A program made the position numbers and the translations under genes. Positions 36,407-46,332 of a stretch of 64,000 bases of DNA are shown here, piece after piece. Location: the NCBI GenBank assembly GCA_965205505.1, contig CBDBHB010000009.1, positions 1,536,001-1,600,000 of the forward strand. Reading direction: 5' to 3'. The notes beneath the pieces are model-generated. The model had not been told where the DNA came from. It was given only the letters and a program-made list of their open reading frames with translations, and made no database searches. This DNA comes from Acidobacteriota bacterium (GTDB lineage: Bacteria; Acidobacteriota; UBA890; WLXD01). How positions within the stretch are numbered: position 1 is the first letter of the stretch; each line of letters opens with the position of its first letter.

Positions 36407-37020
36407 CTGTAAAAGTCGTCCAAAGACGCGAGCTGACATTCTGGGAGAACCTCTACATCCCGCAGATCATCTCCGGCCTGAGAATCACCTCAAAGCACTT
36501 CTTCCGTAACCTCTTTCTGCACATCGCCCACCGGGTAGGGCGTCTCAAGCACATCCGCGCCGCCGCCACGTACCAGTATCCCGAGGAGCTCCGGCCTCTC
36601 ATGTCGAGGTACCGTAGCCGGCACCGGCTTACCGTGCGCGACGACGGCACGCCGCGGTGCGTGGGGTGCATGCTCTGCGAGACGGTTTGCCCGGCTATGT
36701 GCATCACCATTGTGCCCGGAGAGCATCCAGATCCGAACGTGGAAAAGTACCCGGTACGCTTCGACATCGATCTGGGTGTCTGCGTTTATTGCGGGTATTG
36801 CGTCGAAGTCTGCCCCGAAGACGCGATCCGAATGGACACCGGAATCCTGGATCTCGCGGCGTACTCCAGGGAGGCGATGCGACTCGACATCCACGAGCTG
36901 ATGGACCCGGCACTGCGCAAGCCAATCGGCGACTGCAGCCTGGAGTTCCCCCACAAGTGCTCGCTGACCGAGGGCGGCATGAAGGGCAGCTGGGCTGGCG
37001 CGGGCGTCGATGTCTCATAG
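36403..37020 (+). CDS. nuoI: Complex I subunit I
   Basis: QYPEE, CVGCMLCETVCP, CVYCGYCVEVCP. Confidence 0.93.
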   Translation: MTVKVVQRRELTFWENLYIPQIISGLRITSKHFFRNLFLHIAHRVGRLKHIRAAATYQYPEELRPLMSRYRSRHRLTVRDDGTPRCVGCMLCETVCPAMCITIVPGEHPDPNVEKYPVRFDIDLGVCVYCGYCVEVCPEDAIRMDTGILDLAAYSREAMRLDIHELMDPALRKPIGDCSLEFPHKCSLTEGGMKGSWAGAGVDVS

Positions 37021-37026
37021 ACGACC

Positions 37027-38148
37027 GTGTTCCGCGCCCTCTGCCGATCGCCTGCCCCGGCAAAGTCCGCACGCGCAGGCTTGATTTCGCTGGCGGGTAA
37101 CGGCGTCGCCGTCGTCGCCGCCCGCATAGCCGTGTTGATCTTGCTCGGCGATGCTTGCGCGCCCACAACCGAGCCCGGAACGGGCGTGCTGCTGAGCGGG
37201 CCCACGATGGGGACGCGCTACAGCGTGCGCGTGGACGATGCCGGCGCGACTGCTGAAGAGGCCGCCATCGGTGCTCTGATCGACGCCACGCTCGAACGGA
37301 TCGACCGCAAGATGTCGACCTATCGGGCGGATTCCGAGATCTCCGAGCTCAACCGCGCCCCGGCGAACCAACCGATCGCGTTGTCGCCGGAAACCGTCGG
37401 CGTGCTATCGGCCGCCATCGACCTGGCGGCCGACTCCGGCGGTGCCTTCGACGTCACCGCCGGTCCGCTTATCAACGCTTGGGGCTTCGGCCCGTCGGGC
37501 CGCGTCGACGCGCCACCTTCAGACCGCTTGCTCGCCAGTGCCCTGCGTCATGTGGGCACCGACAAGATCGCCGTGGATGTGGCCGCCGGTACGGCGACCA
37601 AGCTCGATGCCGACGCGTACGTGGATCTATCCGGCATCGCCAAAGGCTACGCGGTCGACGCGGTAGTCGCCGCCTTGGCCACGGCAGGCTGGCGGCACAC
37701 GATGGTCGAGGTTGGCGGTGAGGTGCGGGCGAGCGGGCGCACCGCCTTCGGGCGCAGCTGGCGCATCGCCATCGAACAGCCTGACCTGGGCGCCGGGTCG
37801 GATCCGCCCCTCGCGCCGCTCGCCGTGGCGCTGGTCGATGGCGCGCTGGCGACATCGGCCAACTACCGCAACTTCTATTTCCTCGGCGACACCCCGGTAG
37901 GACATACGATCGATCCCCGGACCGGTCGCCCGGTGGCACACGATGGGGCTTCCGTTTCGGTGATGGCGGCGGATTGCATGACTGCGGACTCGCTGGCAAC
38001 CGCGCTCATGGTGTTGGGCCCTGACGAAGGACTCGACTGGGCGACCCAGCGCGATGTTGCTGCCGTGTTCGTGGTTCGCACAGGCGCCGTCTTCGAAAGG
38101 CGCGCGACGCCGGCGTTCAAGCGTCAGGCAGGCGTCGCGATACGATAA
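37027..38148 (+). CDS. apbE: FAD:protein FMN transferase
   Basis: TMGTRY, FDVTAGPL, DLSGIAKGY, ATSANYR, HTIDPRTG, ADSLATA; start uncertain. Confidence 0.9.
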   Translation: MFRALCRSPAPAKSARAGLISLAGNGVAVVAARIAVLILLGDACAPTTEPGTGVLLSGPTMGTRYSVRVDDAGATAEEAAIGALIDATLERIDRKMSTYRADSEISELNRAPANQPIALSPETVGVLSAAIDLAADSGGAFDVTAGPLINAWGFGPSGRVDAPPSDRLLASALRHVGTDKIAVDVAAGTATKLDADAYVDLSGIAKGYAVDAVVAALATAGWRHTMVEVGGEVRASGRTAFGRSWRIAIEQPDLGAGSDPPLAPLAVALVDGALATSANYRNFYFLGDTPVGHTIDPRTGRPVAHDGASVSVMAADCMTADSLATALMVLGPDEGLDWATQRDVAAVFVVRTGAVFERRATPAFKRQAGVAIR

Positions 38149-38167
38149 GGCACGACGAGGTGGGAGC

Positions 38168-38545
38168 GTGAGGGGCTCAGGCAAGTCGGCCCGCCGCGAT
38201 GGCGGCCTAGTGTACTCGACGGCGCACGGACAGATGTGCCCGCGCTGCGGCCAGCCGACGATTCGGTGTGCATGCCGGCGATCTGCGGCGCCGCCGAAGG
38301 GCGATGGTGTGGTGCGGGTCATGCGGCAAACGAAAGGGCGCCGCGGCAAGGGGGTGACCTTGATCACCGGAGTCCCGCTCGCGGCGTCGGAGCTCGCCAG
38401 CCTCTGCAAGGCGCTGAAACGCAAGTGTGGCTCCGGGGGTACCGTCAAGGACGGGACGATCGAGATTCAAGGGGACCATCGAGATTCCCTGGTAGTCGAG
38501 CTCGAACGGCGCGGCTGGGTGGTCAAGCGGGCAGGTGGATGTGAA
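38168..38545 (+). CDS. yciH: SUI1/YciH-like translation factor (stop codon missing, reads into next gene)
   Basis: LVYST, GRRGKGVT, LKRKCGSGG, IEIQGDHR, VKRAGG. Confidence 0.85.
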
Positions 38546-38569
38546 GCGGCCGATGGCCGAGGAGGTCGA

Positions 38570-40030
38570 GTGAAAGGCATATCTCTGCTGCTTGCCGCGG
38601 TTACGGTCGCCAGCTGTGCGCCGGCCCCCGTAACCACGGACACGACGGTGTTCCGCCACGTCAATGTCATCGACGTCGCTGATGGACTGCGGCCGAACAT
38701 GGTGGTTCGGGTGGCCGCTGGCCGCATCATCGAGGTTGCCGCGGAAACTGACGAGACCTCGGTGGACGGTGCGCGCGTCGTTGACGGCGAGGGCCGCTAC
38801 CTCATTCCGGGACTCTGGGACGCACATGTTCACTTGACGTTTACCCCGGAGCTCGAGGCGGCGATGTTCCCGCTGTTCCTCGCCAATGGGGTCACCAGTG
38901 TCCGTGATACCGGCGGATTGCTCGAAAAAGTGCTGCCGTGGCGCCAGCGGGTGCGGGAGGCCGCGGGTGCGGCGCCGCGCGTGTTCGTTGCCGGCCCCTT
39001 GGTGGACGGCGTGCCACGTGTGTACGACGGAGGTACGCCTTCCCGGCCCGAGCTAGCGATTGGCGTGGGCACGGTCGAAGAGGGAGAGCGTGCGGTGGAC
39101 GAGCTGGTCGCAGTGGGCGTCGACCTGGTGAAGGCGTACGAGATGCTCGATCCCGACGTGTACCGAGCCATCGTGGCATGGGCCAGCCTCCACGGGCTGC
39201 CGGTGACCGGACACGTGCCCTTGAGCATGGACGCTGGCGACGCCGCGATTGCTGGCCTCCGCAGCCTGGAGCATCTACGCAATCTCGAGCTGGCGTGTTC
39301 TTCGGAGGCGGAGGCGATGCTGTCCGCACGCCGCGAGATGTTGGCGGCAGGGGTGGAAGCGAGTGGCGGCGCGCTTCGCGGCAGCATCCATGCGGCGCAA
39401 CGGACCCGTGCCGTGGCGACGTACGATGCCGACCGCTGCGCCTGGGTGATCGAGCGCCTGGGGGCCAGCGACACCCGGCAGGTCCCGACGCTGACGATCG
39501 TGACACCGCGCGTGACGCGGCTGTTCGCGCGGCCCTCCTGGCGCCAAACCTTCCGTTATCTGCCGGAACCGGTGCGCACCGCGTGGATCCGGAATGCTAC
39601 CGCCATGGCCGACGAGCAGCCCGACGCGCCGGCGCTAGCACACGCGCAATGGGCCTTCCGGATGGTCGCCCGTTTGCAGGCTGCCGGCATCGGCATCATG
39701 GCGGGTACCGACACACCGATTTTCTTTCTTACGCCTGGGTTCAGCCTGCACGAAGAGTTGGTCCTGCTCGTCGAGGCGGGACTGACGCCACTGCAGGCGC
39801 TGCAAGCGGCAACGCAGCGTCCGGCGCAGTACTTCGGGCTGGAGGACGAGCTCGGCGCGGTCGCGGTCGGCATGCACGCGGACCTCGTGCTGCTCGAAGC
39901 CAACCCCCTCGACGACATTCGCAACACGCAGCGCATCGTGTCGGTGATGGTGGCCGGTCGCCTCTACGACCGCACCGCGCTCGACGGGCTTCTGGCCCAG
40001 CTGGAGTCATCGCCGGAGCAGGGCCAGTGA
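38570..40030 (+). CDS. Amidohydrolase-family lipoprotein
   Basis: RBS GGAGG + GTG; lipobox VASC; PGLWDAHVH, GVTSVRD, AGTD, ADLVLL. Confidence 0.85.
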   Translation: MKGISLLLAAVTVASCAPAPVTTDTTVFRHVNVIDVADGLRPNMVVRVAAGRIIEVAAETDETSVDGARVVDGEGRYLIPGLWDAHVHLTFTPELEAAMFPLFLANGVTSVRDTGGLLEKVLPWRQRVREAAGAAPRVFVAGPLVDGVPRVYDGGTPSRPELAIGVGTVEEGERAVDELVAVGVDLVKAYEMLDPDVYRAIVAWASLHGLPVTGHVPLSMDAGDAAIAGLRSLEHLRNLELACSSEAEAMLSARREMLAAGVEASGGALRGSIHAAQRTRAVATYDADRCAWVIERLGASDTRQVPTLTIVTPRVTRLFARPSWRQTFRYLPEPVRTAWIRNATAMADEQPDAPALAHAQWAFRMVARLQAAGIGIMAGTDTPIFFLTPGFSLHEELVLLVEAGLTPLQALQAATQRPAQYFGLEDELGAVAVGMHADLVLLEANPLDDIRNTQRIVSVMVAGRLYDRTALDGLLAQLESSPEQGQ

Positions 40031-41880
40031 CCGAAGCTGCTAGCGGACGCGAGGGTCACGACGCCATCGCGGTGGTTGATTTCGGCGGCCAGTACGCGCA
40101 TCTGATCGCCACCAAGGTACGTCGTCAGGGCGTGCTGGCGGAGATCCGTCAGCCCGACGACCCGATCGAGGCGTTCGCTCCCTATCGCGGCATCATCATC
40201 TCCGGCAGCCCCAGCCTCGCCTCGCAAGGCGAGGACTCGGTCTACACGAAGTCGATCTACGACCTCGACGTGCCGCTCCTCGGGCTCTGCTTCGGACACC
40301 AGGAAATCGCCCAGTACTACGGCGGCAAAGTGGCTCACGGCGGACGCCAGTGGGGTCCCGCCCAGCTCCATTTGACCGGCGACCATGCGCTCTTCGCCGG
40401 ACTCGATTCTGTCGAGCCCGTATGGATGAGCCACTACGATTCGGTAACGTCGGTCGGCCCGGAGTTCACCGAGCTCGGCTACAGCAGCACGGTCGACGGC
40501 GCCCCCGGGCACCGTTTCGCGGCCATCGGCTCGGACTCTTTGCGTCGCTACGGATTGCAGTTTCATCCGGAGGTCGACGACACCATCCATGGCGACCGCA
40601 TGCTCGCCAACTTCGTTCTCGGTATCTGCGGCTGCGCGCCTTCGTGGTCGATGGATGGCTACGTCGAGGAGGAGATTGCCCGCATTCGTGCCCAGGTGGG
40701 CGAGCGGGCAGTGTTCCTGCTCGCCTCCGGAGGGGTGGATTCGACCGTTGCCGCGGTGTTGCTGGGGCGGGCGCTGGGCTCGGAGCGGCTGCATTTGTTG
40801 CACATCGACAACGGCCTCATGCGCCTCGACGAGAGCCGCCAGGTGCTGCAGATGTTCGCCGACCTCGGAATCGATGAGAACCTCAACTTCGTCGATGCCA
40901 GCGCTGTCTTCCTGCGGGCGCTCGAAGGAGTCGTCGAGCCGGAAAACAAGCGTCGCGCCATCGGCGAGACCTTCGTCCAGGTATTCCACTCCGAGGCTGA
41001 GCGTCTCGGCGTCGGCGAGCTATTGCTGGGGCAGGGGACGATCTACCCGGACACCATCGAGACCGGAGGCAGCAAGCGCGCCGATACGATCAAGACGCAC
41101 CACAACCGGGTGCCGATCATCGAGCAGATGATCGCCGAGGGCCGTGTGATCGAGCCGCTCGCGGAGCTGTACAAGACCGAGGTACGTGAGCTCGGGGAAC
41201 GCCTTGTCGTGCCCCACGCGGCGATCTGGCGGCACCCGTTCCCCGGTCCCGGGCTCGGCGTTCGATTGCTGTGCAGCGATGGCCGCGAAGATGCTCTGGA
41301 GCCCGATGTGCAGGCCGACGTGCTGCGCGAGATCGGTGACCGTTTTGGCCTCGATATGCTGGCGTTACCGATACGCTCAGTGGGTGTGAAGGCGGACCTG
41401 CGCGCCTACGAGCATCCGGTGATGTTGACCGGCGCTGTGTCGTGGGAGGACTTGATCAAGGCCACCTCGGAGATCACTGCCGAGGTCCGAGGAATCAACC
41501 GGTGCATCTGGAATCTCGGCACGGACACCCCCACCGGAGCGCGAGCCCTGGCGGCCACCGTGACGCGAGAGCGCCTGGACACGCTGCGCCGGGCTGACCA
41601 CCTGGTGATGGAGACACTACGACGTCACGGCCTGTACGACGAAGTGTGGCAGTGCCCGACGGTGCTGGTCCCGCTGTCGCTGGATTATGGCGACGAGCGC
41701 CAGGGTGAGCTCGTCGTCGTCCGACCGGTGCACTCCCAGCGCGCCATGACGGCGCGCCCGGTGGAGCTCAGCGCCGCCGTTCTCGACGACCTTCGCCGCG
41801 ATCTCCTGGCCATCCCAGGCGTATCGGGCCTAGCGCTCGATACCACCTCCAAGCCTCCGGGGACGATTGAATGGGAGTGA
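40027..41880 (+). CDS. guaA: Glutamine-hydrolysing GMP synthase
   Basis: DFGGQY, GLCFGHQ, QFHPE, SGGVDS, IKTHHN, HPFPGPGL, SKPPGTIEWE. Confidence 0.93.
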   Translation: MTEAASGREGHDAIAVVDFGGQYAHLIATKVRRQGVLAEIRQPDDPIEAFAPYRGIIISGSPSLASQGEDSVYTKSIYDLDVPLLGLCFGHQEIAQYYGGKVAHGGRQWGPAQLHLTGDHALFAGLDSVEPVWMSHYDSVTSVGPEFTELGYSSTVDGAPGHRFAAIGSDSLRRYGLQFHPEVDDTIHGDRMLANFVLGICGCAPSWSMDGYVEEEIARIRAQVGERAVFLLASGGVDSTVAAVLLGRALGSERLHLLHIDNGLMRLDESRQVLQMFADLGIDENLNFVDASAVFLRALEGVVEPENKRRAIGETFVQVFHSEAERLGVGELLLGQGTIYPDTIETGGSKRADTIKTHHNRVPIIEQMIAEGRVIEPLAELYKTEVRELGERLVVPHAAIWRHPFPGPGLGVRLLCSDGREDALEPDVQADVLREIGDRFGLDMLALPIRSVGVKADLRAYEHPVMLTGAVSWEDLIKATSEITAEVRGINRCIWNLGTDTPTGARALAATVTRERLDTLRRADHLVMETLRRHGLYDEVWQCPTVLVPLSLDYGDERQGELVVVRPVHSQRAMTARPVELSAAVLDDLRRDLLAIPGVSGLALDTTSKPPGTIEWE

Positions 41881-42120
41881 TCGGAGGGGCGCTGGAGCTG
41901 GTTGGGAGGGCGGTTCCGGCCGCCCACGGCCGGTGATGCTCGCCGACACGTCGCAGGCGACCACGGTCATGGCGAGGGCAAACCTTTCGTTCGCCCTTTG
42001 ACCCGGTTGGAGTGCGGGGCGAGGTAGTGGCGCTTATCGCCCGTCCGTCCGGGAGGGCTGCCATTCTGTATGTTGGATCCCACGACCGATCGAATCGACC
42101 GGAATCATGGGAGCACCTCG

Positions 42121-44346
42121 ATGCGCCGAACTCTATCCCGTACTTGTCTTGTCAGCCTTGTAGTAATGGCCTTGGGCAGCCTGGCCACATCGCAGCTGCA
42201 GGCCGCTCCGGCACAGAGTGGCCGGATCACGCTCGAGTCGCTGTATAGCCCTGACTCGAGCGAGCGGGTGAGCTACTCGGGCTCGGTGCCTTCGCTCACC
42301 TGGGTCGACGACGCGAGCTATGTCGAGCGTGGCGAAAGCGGTGAATGGATGAAGATCGACGCCGCTACCGGGACGTCCTCCGCGGCCGTGGACATGGATG
42401 CCCTGGGCGCTTCGCTTGAAGACCTTGCGGGGCTGACCGACGACGACCTGGTCACGCTGACCGAGCGTGCCGCCTCCGGCATCGCACGTGGACGAGTCTC
42501 CGTCTTGCTCAACCACGCCAACGATCTGTTCGTGGTGTTTGCCACCGGCGCCGCCAAGAGGTTGACGTTCAACGCCGCGCCGGAGGTGGGCGAGGAGCTG
42601 TCACCTGACGGCCGCTTCGTATCGTTTGTCCGCGACTACAACCTCCACCTCATCGAGGTGGACTGCGGCCGCGAGCGGGCGCTGACTACCGACGGGTCCG
42701 ACGAGCTGTTCTACGGGCGTCTCGATTGGGTCTATCAGGAGGAAATCTACGGTCGTGGGAACTTCAAGGGGTACTGGTGGAGCCCCGACTCGAGCGCGCT
42801 TGCTTTCCTCAAGCTCGATGAGTCGCCGGTAAACGAGTTCACCGTGGTCGACCATATTCCCTCGACGCTCGATACCGAGGTGACCAACTATCCGAAGGCC
42901 GGAGATCCGAACCCCAAAGTGTGGCTCGGCGTGGTCAAGGCAGTTGGCGGCGAGGCAACGTGGATCGACGCCAAGAAGTACGAGCCCATTGAGCACCTGA
43001 TCGTCGGCGTTGGCTGGCATCCGAGCGGCGACCGTGTCGTGTATCAGGTCCAGGATCGTGAGCAGACCTGGCTCGAGCTCAATATGGGCAATCCGGCTAC
43101 CGGTAACAGTACGACGCTCATCCGCGAGACCACCGAGGCGTTTGTTCAGGAGATGGGCGGACCGAACTGGCTTCCGGACGGCAGCTTCCTTTGGTTCTCC
43201 GAGCGCACCGGCTTCAAGCACCTCTATCACTATGCGTTCGAGGGCTTCGATATCCCGGTGATCAGACACCAGGTGACCGAGGGCGAATGGGAGGCGCGGA
43301 CGCTACACGGTGTCGACGATGACGGTTGGGTGTACTTCTCGGGCACGGAGCACAGCCCCATTTCCAATCACGTGTATCGAGTTCGCGTCGACGGCTCGGG
43401 GCTCGAGCGCCTGTCGTCGGTCGAGGGCGACCACGCGGCGAGTTTCAACCCCGGGCTCACTCACTATCTTGACACCTGGAGCGACGTCACCACGCCGCCG
43501 CAGATTCGGCTCCACACGGACGACGGCTCCGAGGTGCGCGTCGTTGCCGAGAATCGGGTGACAGCGCTCGAGGATGTCGATCTCGGCACCGTGGAGTTCC
43601 TTCAGGTGTCTACGCGCGATGGCTTCCTGATGGAGGCGATGATCATCAAGCCGCCCGATTTCGACCCCGTCAAGCGCTACCCCGTGTTGCAATACAACTA
43701 CGGCGGCCCGCATGCGCCGGTGGTGCGCGACAGGTGGGGTGGGTCGCGCTACATGTGGCACCAGATGCTTGCGCAGCGCGGCTACATCATCTGGATGTGC
43801 GATAACCGCTCGGCCTCCGGCAAGGGCATCAAGCCCACCTGGTATGCCTACCAGCAGATGGGCGTGGTGGAGCTGCGCGATATCGAAGATGGACTCGACT
43901 GGCTCAAGCAACAGTCGTGGGTCGACGGCGACCGTCTCGGAATCTGGGGCTGGAGCTACGGGGGCTTCATGGCTTCTTTTGCGCTAACGCACTCGAAGTC
44001 GTTCAAGGCGGCCATCGCCGGAGCGCCAGTGACCGACTGGCGCCTGTACGACACCATCTACACCGAGCGCTACATGCGCATGCCGCAGAACAACCCCGAG
44101 GGTTACGATTCCACGTCGGTGGTGAAGGCGGCGGGAAACCTGCACGGCAAGCTGCTCATCGTGCACGGGACCATGGACGACAACGTGCATTTCCAGAACT
44201 CGGTGCAGTTGGTCTACGAGCTACAGAAGGCGGGTAAGGACTTCGAGTTCATGATGTACCCGCGCTCACGCCACGGCGTGCGGCAACGCGAGCTTGTCTG
44301 GCACCTGCAGCGCACGATGACCGACTTCGTGCTGGAGAACCTCTAG
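42121..44346 (+). CDS. Dipeptidyl-peptidase IV-like S9B peptidase
   Basis: DWVYQEE, YPKAG, GWSYGG, DDNVH, RHG. Confidence 0.92.
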   Translation: MRRTLSRTCLVSLVVMALGSLATSQLQAAPAQSGRITLESLYSPDSSERVSYSGSVPSLTWVDDASYVERGESGEWMKIDAATGTSSAAVDMDALGASLEDLAGLTDDDLVTLTERAASGIARGRVSVLLNHANDLFVVFATGAAKRLTFNAAPEVGEELSPDGRFVSFVRDYNLHLIEVDCGRERALTTDGSDELFYGRLDWVYQEEIYGRGNFKGYWWSPDSSALAFLKLDESPVNEFTVVDHIPSTLDTEVTNYPKAGDPNPKVWLGVVKAVGGEATWIDAKKYEPIEHLIVGVGWHPSGDRVVYQVQDREQTWLELNMGNPATGNSTTLIRETTEAFVQEMGGPNWLPDGSFLWFSERTGFKHLYHYAFEGFDIPVIRHQVTEGEWEARTLHGVDDDGWVYFSGTEHSPISNHVYRVRVDGSGLERLSSVEGDHAASFNPGLTHYLDTWSDVTTPPQIRLHTDDGSEVRVVAENRVTALEDVDLGTVEFLQVSTRDGFLMEAMIIKPPDFDPVKRYPVLQYNYGGPHAPVVRDRWGGSRYMWHQMLAQRGYIIWMCDNRSASGKGIKPTWYAYQQMGVVELRDIEDGLDWLKQQSWVDGDRLGIWGWSYGGFMASFALTHSKSFKAAIAGAPVTDWRLYDTIYTERYMRMPQNNPEGYDSTSVVKAAGNLHGKLLIVHGTMDDNVHFQNSVQLVYELQKAGKDFEFMMYPRSRHGVRQRELVWHLQRTMTDFVLENL

Positions 44347-44421
44347 TGTCAGGACACTAGCAGCCCTACCGGAGGCCGATACGGTCGTCCGACCACCCCT
44401 TGTAGACGACGCGGACGGAAC

Positions 44422-45108
44422 ATGGCACGAACCTATTTCAGCTCCAGTACCTTCAAGTTTCTGCGTGACCTGAACCGCAATAACGACCGAGACTGGTTCA
44501 AGGCCCGCCAGGATCGTTACGAGCGAACCGTGCGTGAGCCAGCGCTCGATTTCATCGCCGACTTCGAAGCGCCGCTTCATAGGATCAGCCGTCACTTCGT
44601 CGCCCTCGCGAAGAAGTCGGGCGGCTCGCTGTTTCGTATCCACCGCGATGTCCGGTTCTCGAAAGACAAGAGCCCCTACAAGCCCTACACCGGGGTGCAG
44701 TTTCGTCACGAACAGGGCAAGGATGCTCACTGCCCGGGGTACTACCTTCACCTCCAGCCCAAGAGCGTGTTCGCCGCAGCCGGGATCTGGAGACCCGATG
44801 GGCCGACGCTTCTGAAGATCCGCGAGCTCATCGCCGCTGATCCCGCCGGCTGGAAGAAGGCGGTCGGGGGTAAGCCCTTCAAAGATGCCTTCGTGCTGGA
44901 GGGCGACTCCTTGAAGCGGCCGCCGAGGGGCTTCGACGCCGACCACCCTTCGATTGAGGATCTGAAGCGCAAGGATTTCATCGCCGTGGCGCGAGTCAGC
45001 GAGAAGTACGTAACCGGCAACACCTTCATGAAGGACATCAATGCCTTGTGGCGGAAGGCGACGCCGCTGATGCGGTTTCTCTGCGACGCGATCGACGTAC
45101 CGTTCTAG
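44422..45108 (+). CDS. DUF2461 (TIGR02453) family protein
   Basis: NNDRDWF, FRIHRDVRFSKDKSPYK. Confidence 0.88.
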   Translation: MARTYFSSSTFKFLRDLNRNNDRDWFKARQDRYERTVREPALDFIADFEAPLHRISRHFVALAKKSGGSLFRIHRDVRFSKDKSPYKPYTGVQFRHEQGKDAHCPGYYLHLQPKSVFAAAGIWRPDGPTLLKIRELIAADPAGWKKAVGGKPFKDAFVLEGDSLKRPPRGFDADHPSIEDLKRKDFIAVARVSEKYVTGNTFMKDINALWRKATPLMRFLCDAIDVPF

Positions 45109-45176
45109 TAAGGGAGGCGGCTGCGGCGACTATCGGAGTTCTCCCGGCGGAGCTGCGTAGGTCCGATGGAGACGAC

Positions 45177-45293
45177 GCCTAGCCAGAAGCAGCAAAAGAC
45201 GGATCGCTCTCGTCACGGGCCTTACGTACGCAACGCCCGCGCCAAGCCGGCTACGCCGGACGCGCTCACAGCTTAGCCTCAGTTCCGCTAGCC
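45177..45293 (+). repeat. Degenerate attC-like (integron cassette) palindrome
   Basis: Ends GCCTAGC / GCTAGCC near-complementary (decayed RYYYAAC/GTTRRRY); internal CGGGC..GCCCG stem. Confidence 0.3.
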
Positions 45294-45405
45294 AGACATG
45301 AGCGAGATGAAGGAATTGCTCAGAACCGCTGCGCGTTCGGTTCGCAGCGTTAGTGGACCGTCGTCGGCTGCGAATGTCAGAGTCCTGAGAGCGCGAGGGA
45401 AAACC

Positions 45406-45620
45406 GTAGCCGCCCTACAGATCCGTGACGCGACCGAGGCAGACAACATACGTGCGCTTGCGGCGCTTCACGTGACGACCTGGAATGACATGCACGGACG
45501 GCGGCGGAGCGCGTCGACTGAGAAACTGCGCGAGCGCCAGTGGCCGTGTTCGATAGTCTGGATTGCGGCTGGTTCGGCCTGGTTGTCGTGAGACCGAATG
45601 GCGATCTGGTTCACCGAGTA
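45406..45620 (+). pseudogene. GNAT acetyltransferase remnant
   Basis: IRDATEAD..ALAALHVTTW..LRERQW, then shifted frame AVFDSLDCGWFGLVVVRPNGDLV. Confidence 0.55.
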
Positions 45621-45718
45621 GCGCCGTAGCCTAGAGACGGCGGCCGATGCTTCAGAGCGCGTAGGCGGTTAGATTCGGCCCCGTTGGCGGCGTGGGGACA
45701 ATCGGGCGTGGTTCATGG

Positions 45719-46105
45719 TCAAAGCGCCGCGTGGACTAGGATCATGATCGCCACCATGGCGGCGACGAAGCCAGTCTCCGTGGCGATGGCGTAATGGCTC
45801 TTTCGTGAGAACAGACCGCCGGCGCCCATGAGCGCCATGATCGTGAGCGCGACGAGGATGATCGTAAGCAGCGCGTCTGCCGCCGCAGTTACGCCGACGA
45901 TCCACGCCAGCAAGAACGTGGCGACGAATTGAGCAAGCAGCGCTGGTACCGGTTGGCCGCTGCCTGCTTCCTCCGAAATCCCGACGCCTTCCATCCACTT
46001 CGCGCCGAACAGTTTGGGAGAGTACCAGAGTCCACCCAGCATGAATGCGAGGACCGTTCCTACCCCGACCGCCAGCCAGTTGACGTTCGCTGTGATCTCA
46101 GCCAT
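45719..46105 (-). CDS. DUF1761-family membrane protein
   Basis: NWLAV..LGGLWYSPKLFGAKW; four TM segments. Confidence 0.8.
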   Translation of the reverse strand: MAEITANVNWLAVGVGTVLAFMLGGLWYSPKLFGAKWMEGVGISEEAGSGQPVPALLAQFVATFLLAWIVGVTAAADALLTIILVALTIMALMGAGGLFSRKSHYAIATETGFVAAMVAIMILVHAAL

Positions 46106-46332
46106 TGAGCTTCGACTCCTTCCCAGTCTGGGGATATCGGTTGGAAGCGTGCAAGCTTCTTACAGCAGGTCGCTCAATAGGAGGCTCGGCGAGCCGGGTG
46201 AACGACCGGATCCACGACTATCGCCGGAGTCTTCGCGAGTACGACGGTGCCGGCTCGAAGGGGTGTGTGTGCCCCCCCGTTCTCTCCATCTTGTCGGCTA
46301 CCGCCAAGCCCTCGATCTGCGCCGATGCTCTC

